Shown piece by piece: positions 58,619 to 62,214 of a stretch of 62,214 bases of DNA; the first letter of the stretch is position 1, and every line of letters begins with the position of its first letter. The DNA lies in the NCBI GenBank assembly GCA_035649435.1, contig DASRJO010000113.1, positions 1 through 62,214 of the forward strand, in the 5' to 3' direction. A program made the position numbers and the translations under genes. The notes below the pieces were generated by a model. It was not told the DNA's origin, searched no databases, and saw only the letters and a list, made by a program, of their open reading frames with translations. Origin of the DNA: Candidatus Krumholzibacteriia bacterium. Its GTDB lineage: Bacteria > Krumholzibacteriota > Krumholzibacteriia > G020349025.

Positions 58619-59782
58619 TCAGAAGGCCGAGACGCCGGTGATCTCGCGTCCGACCGCGAGCTCATGGATCGTCTCGGTCCCCTCGTACGTGATCACGCTC
58701 TCCAGGTTGAGCATGTGCCGGATGGGTGAGCATTCGACGCTGATGCCGCCCGCGCCCAGGATGTCGCGCGCCTCGCGTGCAACGTCGAGCCCCATGCGCA
58801 CGTTGTTCCACTTGGCGAGCGAGACCTGCGCCGGGTGCATCGTGCCCTTGTCCTTGAGACGCCCGAGTTGCAGCGCCAGCAATTGTCCGGTGGTGATGCG
58901 GCGCGTCATGTCGGCGAGCCGGCGCTGGATCGTCTGCGTGTGCGAGAGCGGGCGGCCGAAGAGGACACGGTGGTGACTGAATGCCAACGCCTCGCGGTAG
59001 CTGGCGATGGCGGCGCCGATCGCTCCCCAGGCGATGCCGAAGCGTGCCTGCGTCAAGCACGAGAGCGGCGACTTGAGACCGGCGGCGAGCGGCAGCCGGC
59101 TCGATTCCGGAAGCTCGACGTGATCGAGGAAGAGCTCCGAAGTGATCGAGGCGCGCAGCGAGTATTTCTTCAGGATGTCGCGCGCGCTGTAGCCCTTCAT
59201 GCCCTTCTCGACGATGAAGCCGAGGATGCCTTCTTCACCCAGCGCCCAGACGATGGCGATGTCCGCGATCGTGCCGTTCGTGATCCACATCTTGGCGCCG
59301 TTCAGCACCCACGCATCGCCGTGACGCGTGGCGCGCGTCTTCATCGCACCCGGGTCCGAGCCGCCGTCCGGTTCGGTGAGACCGAAGCAGCCGATGACTT
59401 CGCCTCGCGCCATGCGCGGCAGCCATTTTTCTTTCTGCGCGGCAGTGCCATACGCATGGATCGGCCACATGCAGAGGCTTCCCTGCACCGAGACGAAGCT
59501 GCGCAGCCCACTGTCGCCGCGCTCGAGCTCCTGGCACACGAGACCGTACGCCACGTTGTTGAGCCCGGCGCAGTCGTAGCCCTCGAGGTTGCAGCCGAGC
59601 AACCCCATCTCGGCCATCTCGGGCACGAGCTCCTTGGGGAAGCGATGGTCGTCGAATGCCTGGGAGATGATCGGCAGCACGCGGTCGTCCACCCAGCGGC
59701 CGACGCTGCGCTGGATGTCGCGCTCCGCCTCGTCGAGTAGGCCCGTCATGTCGAAAAAGTCGGTGGGGTCCAGGCCTTTCAT
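58619..59782 (-). CDS. gcdH: Glutaryl-CoA dehydrogenase (acyl-CoA dehydrogenase family)
   Basis: In-frame ATG at 59782 (GGAGGA upstream) within ORF 58619..59824. Motifs are GCFGLTEPDGGSDPGAMKT, AKMWITNG, ITSELFLD and the C-terminal TYEGTETIHELAVGREITG, typical of GCDH. Confidence 0.8.
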   Translation of the reverse strand: MKGLDPTDFFDMTGLLDEAERDIQRSVGRWVDDRVLPIISQAFDDHRFPKELVPEMAEMGLLGCNLEGYDCAGLNNVAYGLVCQELERGDSGLRSFVSVQGSLCMWPIHAYGTAAQKEKWLPRMARGEVIGCFGLTEPDGGSDPGAMKTRATRHGDAWVLNGAKMWITNGTIADIAIVWALGEEGILGFIVEKGMKGYSARDILKKYSLRASITSELFLDHVELPESSRLPLAAGLKSPLSCLTQARFGIAWGAIGAAIASYREALAFSHHRVLFGRPLSHTQTIQRRLADMTRRITTGQLLALQLGRLKDKGTMHPAQVSLAKWNNVRMGLDVAREARDILGAGGISVECSPIRHMLNLESVITYEGTETIHELAVGREITGVSAF

Positions 59783-59992
59783 GCATCCTCCGAGGTCGTT
59801 TGGGGGCGATCCGGCACGCGCCACCTGGGCAGTCTAGGCGAGCGCCGAGCGCGTTTCCAGCCACTTCGGGGGCGGGCTGAATCGTGCATGCAGAGTGGGC
59901 AGGCGCGGCCGGCCGGAACTCGGCTCGAATCGCTGCCGCTCTGAGCTTCGCCCTTGCCGCGCCCCGAAGAAGTGCGCCATTCTTGCTTTGAT

Positions 59993-60928
59993 ATGCATGT
60001 CGCCCTCGTCACCTGCACGAATCCGCCGCAGGAAGATTTCGACGCACCGCCGTTGCTCGCGGCCTTGCGAGCGAGCGGCCATCGTAGTGCCGAGGTCGCC
60101 TGGGACGATCCGGCGATCGCCTGGGACCAGTACGACGCGGCCCTGCTGCGATCGACGTGGGACTACTTCCATCGTCTCGAGGACTTCTTGGATTGGGCGG
60201 CACGCGTCGCGTCGTCCATTCCGCTGTGGAACTCGCTCGCCTTCGTGCGCTGGAACACGCACAAGTTCTACCTGCAAGAGCTGGCGGCGATGGGCATCCC
60301 GATCGCGCCGACGGAGTTCGTGCCGGCACACACGCATCTCGATGTCGCATCTGTGCTCGCGGCACGCGGCTGGGATGCCGCGGTGATCAAGCCGGCGGTG
60401 TCGGCCGATGCGTTCGCGACCTTGCGTGTCGAGCGCGGCGCCGAGCAGCCTGGCCAGGATCACCTTGCAAGCCACCGCGAGCGCGACATGCTCGTGCAGC
60501 GCTATCTGCCGACCGTCGTCGAGCCAGGGGAACGCTGTCTCGTCTTCATCGACGGCGATTTCTCGCACGCGGTGCGCAAACGCTCGCTGTTTCGCGGCGG
60601 GCGACATGCGGGCCCCGAGGGCGTGCCGGTGCCCGCGGAGGAAGACGAGATCGCGCTCGCACGTCGCATCCTGGCATGCGCCGGCCGAGCGGTCGCGGAA
60701 GAAGCCGCGGGCAGTTCGATCTCCTGCGTGGTGGCCGACGGTGCGGGAGACGCAGAGCGAATCGAAGCGCCGCTCTACGCCCGCGTCGATCTGTTGCGGG
60801 ACGAGGCCGGAACACCGCATCTCATGGAATTGGAGCTCGTGGAGCCGAGCCTGTTCTTCGATGCGCGCGCCGGCTCGGAGATGCGTCTTGTCCAAGCACT
60901 CGAGAGTCGAGCGCGGCAGCGCGATTGA
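59993..60928 (+). CDS. ATP-grasp fold protein (RimK/glutathione-synthetase-like)
   Basis: In-frame ATG at 59993 (MHVALVTC...) within ORF 59954..60928. Motifs are WNTHKFYLQELAAMGIPIAPTEFV, AVIKPAVSADAF and LVQRYLP...GERCLVFIDGDFSHAVRK, ending in ELELVEPSLFF. This order is typical of ATP-grasp enzymes. Confidence 0.55.
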   Translation: MHVALVTCTNPPQEDFDAPPLLAALRASGHRSAEVAWDDPAIAWDQYDAALLRSTWDYFHRLEDFLDWAARVASSIPLWNSLAFVRWNTHKFYLQELAAMGIPIAPTEFVPAHTHLDVASVLAARGWDAAVIKPAVSADAFATLRVERGAEQPGQDHLASHRERDMLVQRYLPTVVEPGERCLVFIDGDFSHAVRKRSLFRGGRHAGPEGVPVPAEEDEIALARRILACAGRAVAEEAAGSSISCVVADGAGDAERIEAPLYARVDLLRDEAGTPHLMELELVEPSLFFDARAGSEMRLVQALESRARQRD

Positions 60929-60932
60929 GTTT

Positions 60933-62214
60933 CTACCACACGCCCGAGCCGACCTCGACGACGAAGGTCACTTCATTCACTGGCAGAAGCCCCTTGTATT
61001 GAATCCCGCCGCGCAGACCCCAGAAATCCATCAGCTTCGACATGAAGCTCAACGGCGAGTGCCGGATGTTGGCCCGGAAGCGGATGCCGGTTTCGGCGAT
61101 CCAGGCCCGGTGGGCAGCGCCCAAATCGTCCACGTCTTTTTCGTAGCCGACGGAGAAATAGCCGTCCAGCCAGCGCGAAGCGGACGATGTGTACAAGAGG
61201 CCGTAGCTGAAGTCGCGCAGCTTGTCGTCCTTGATGTAGATCCGATTGAGCACCCATCCGCCTGCCAGGGGATCGGTGAAGTTCTTGACGATGAATAGGG
61301 GAAATGTGAACGACACACCGAGATCTCCGTCCACTCGCAGCGCTGTCGAAAGCGACTTGATGAAGGATTCGTTTTCGACCCAGCCTGTGAAATTCTTGAA
61401 TTCGGACGCCTTGTCGATCTCGGGCCAATCGGGTGAGCCTTTGTCGGCGATGAACGGCACGAGGTGCGGATCGGCGGCGGCGAGCTCGGGGCGCGGGAAG
61501 GGCCGGAGCTCGTAGGCCGCCCGCGGCGCCGCGGCGTCATCGCGGCCGGGCCGCGCATGCAACGCGCTGTCCTCTGGAAGGGGCGGGAAGATGCGATCCT
61601 CGGGGGTTCGCACTTTCGCGAACCATGACTCGAAGCCGCCGGTGAACAGCCCGCCACCCCGAATCACGTCGCGCACGCCCCAAGCATCGTTCACGCGCCG
61701 ATTGACGTCGTACCCCGGTGTGTAATAGCCGTCCCCGTTCTTGTCGGTGCAGGTCGCGTGCTTGCCTTCCTCCACCAACAGGGTGATGGGGAACCGGGTT
61801 TCCGGGTCGACGACGAGCGTGTTGTCGAACCACATGACCCCATGGGCCTTCGCGTTCACACGCGCGATCCCGATCGCATAGGGGCACTCGGGGCATCCAT
61901 CGCGGATCCAGATGCCGATCTTCATCTCGACCGATTCCACGTCGTGCTGATGACCGCCGAAGCCTTCCTCGGACGGGTAGTAGAAGAAGAAGTCGAGATC
62001 GAGGCGCTCGACTTGTCGTAGATCGAGCACGGACTTGCCGCGGTCGGCCGGATCGGGCTCGAGCGGCGGCGCGACCGCATCCTTGCGCGTGAGGATCGTC
62101 CGCACCCGGTAGTACACCACGGGCGCATCGGGCGCCGTCTCGAACGGGAATGCAGCAGGAACCCGAATGTCCGCGCCGCTCGCATTCATCAACGACGGCT
62201 CGTCGGGCGAAAAC
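60933..62214 (-). CDS. Hypothetical protein, possibly an outer-membrane barrel at its C-terminus; the 5' end may run off the right window edge
   Basis: ORF 60933..62192 (TTG; ATG at 62189). The frame stays open to the window end. The product contains DKNGDGYYTPGYD (an EF-hand-like loop). The C-terminal third consists of alternating beta-strand-like segments and ends in ...VTFVVEVGSGVW (terminal aromatic residue). I recognise no family. Confidence 0.5.
   Translation of the reverse strand, partial: FSPDEPSLMNASGADIRVPAAFPFETAPDAPVVYYRVRTILTRKDAVAPPLEPDPADRGKSVLDLRQVERLDLDFFFYYPSEEGFGGHQHDVESVEMKIGIWIRDGCPECPYAIGIARVNAKAHGVMWFDNTLVVDPETRFPITLLVEEGKHATCTDKNGDGYYTPGYDVNRRVNDAWGVRDVIRGGGLFTGGFESWFAKVRTPEDRIFPPLPEDSALHARPGRDDAAAPRAAYELRPFPRPELAAADPHLVPFIADKGSPDWPEIDKASEFKNFTGWVENESFIKSLSTALRVDGDLGVSFTFPLFIVKNFTDPLAGGWVLNRIYIKDDKLRDFSYGLLYTSSASRWLDGYFSVGYEKDVDDLGAAHRAWIAETGIRFRANIRHSPLSFMSKLMDFWGLRGGIQYKGLLPVNEVTFVVEVGSGVW

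Noticed and set aside
1-62214. Search for CRISPR arrays, tRNA/rRNA genes, riboswitch-like leaders, transposases, integrases, toxin-antitoxin pairs or known defence-system genes
   Set aside because: I found no short regularly spaced repeats, no cloverleaf-like or rRNA-like segments in the few intergenic gaps, and no recombinase or defence-type motifs in any frame. Apart from the housekeeping-type nfi, the only nuclease-type gene is the DUF222-like/HNH ORF, which is reported separately.

Overview
High-GC bacterial chromosomal window with about 40 supportable protein genes. I found no rRNA, tRNA, CRISPR array, transposase or integrase. All family calls come from motif recognition in the supplied translations and my own reading of the DNA; no database search was run.

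Left part (1-20.7 kb): a truncated MFS transporter, three Hanks-type Ser/Thr kinases with different sensor modules, a BNR/Ycf48-like propeller and a TonB-like protein. It also holds a 1307-aa metallophosphoesterase/Calx-beta/cadherin-like protein with a T9SS C-terminal sorting domain (CTD). A lower-GC patch follows, carrying an ORFan, endonuclease V and an 860-aa DUF222-like/HNH gene behind a near-consensus sigma70-type promoter, and then ettA.

Centre (23.2-54.5 kb): this is the most interesting part, a roughly 31-kb carbohydrate-utilisation locus.
- Inner-membrane and cytoplasmic layer: a sugar ABC ATPase that overlaps an MscK-like channel gene, an SBP with two permeases, a GH94 phosphorylase of the cyclic-glucan-synthase / 1,2-beta-oligoglucan-phosphorylase type, a GH1 beta-glucosidase and a LacI regulator with an operator.
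- Periplasmic layer: a lipoprotein-like member of the glucoamylase-like (PF10091/GH144-type) family and an uncharacterised 1072-aa CBM/discoidin/(alpha/alpha)6 protein.
- Outer-membrane layer: a SusC-like TonB-dependent receptor with no SusD gene, followed instead by a 1091-aa Ca-binding/FN3/CTD protein and an operon-embedded PorV-like barrel.
- Secreted layer: three more T9SS-CTD proteins, namely a CBM9-like protein, a second GH144-type paralogue and a protein built from a tandemly duplicated unknown 223-aa domain.

The enzyme set points to beta-1,2-glucan / sophoro-oligosaccharide catabolism; this is inference.

Right part (54.6-62.2 kb): ordinary metabolism (sthA, pterin carbinolamine dehydratase, a fused E1 alpha/beta 2-oxoacid dehydrogenase, glutaryl-CoA dehydrogenase, an ATP-grasp protein) plus one unknown protein.

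T9SS CTDs plus PorV in high-GC DNA suggest an FCB-group lineage such as Gemmatimonadota or Eisenbacteria-like bacteria (inference only). Many long ORFs in the track are antisense or alternative-frame shadows typical of high-GC DNA and were rejected.
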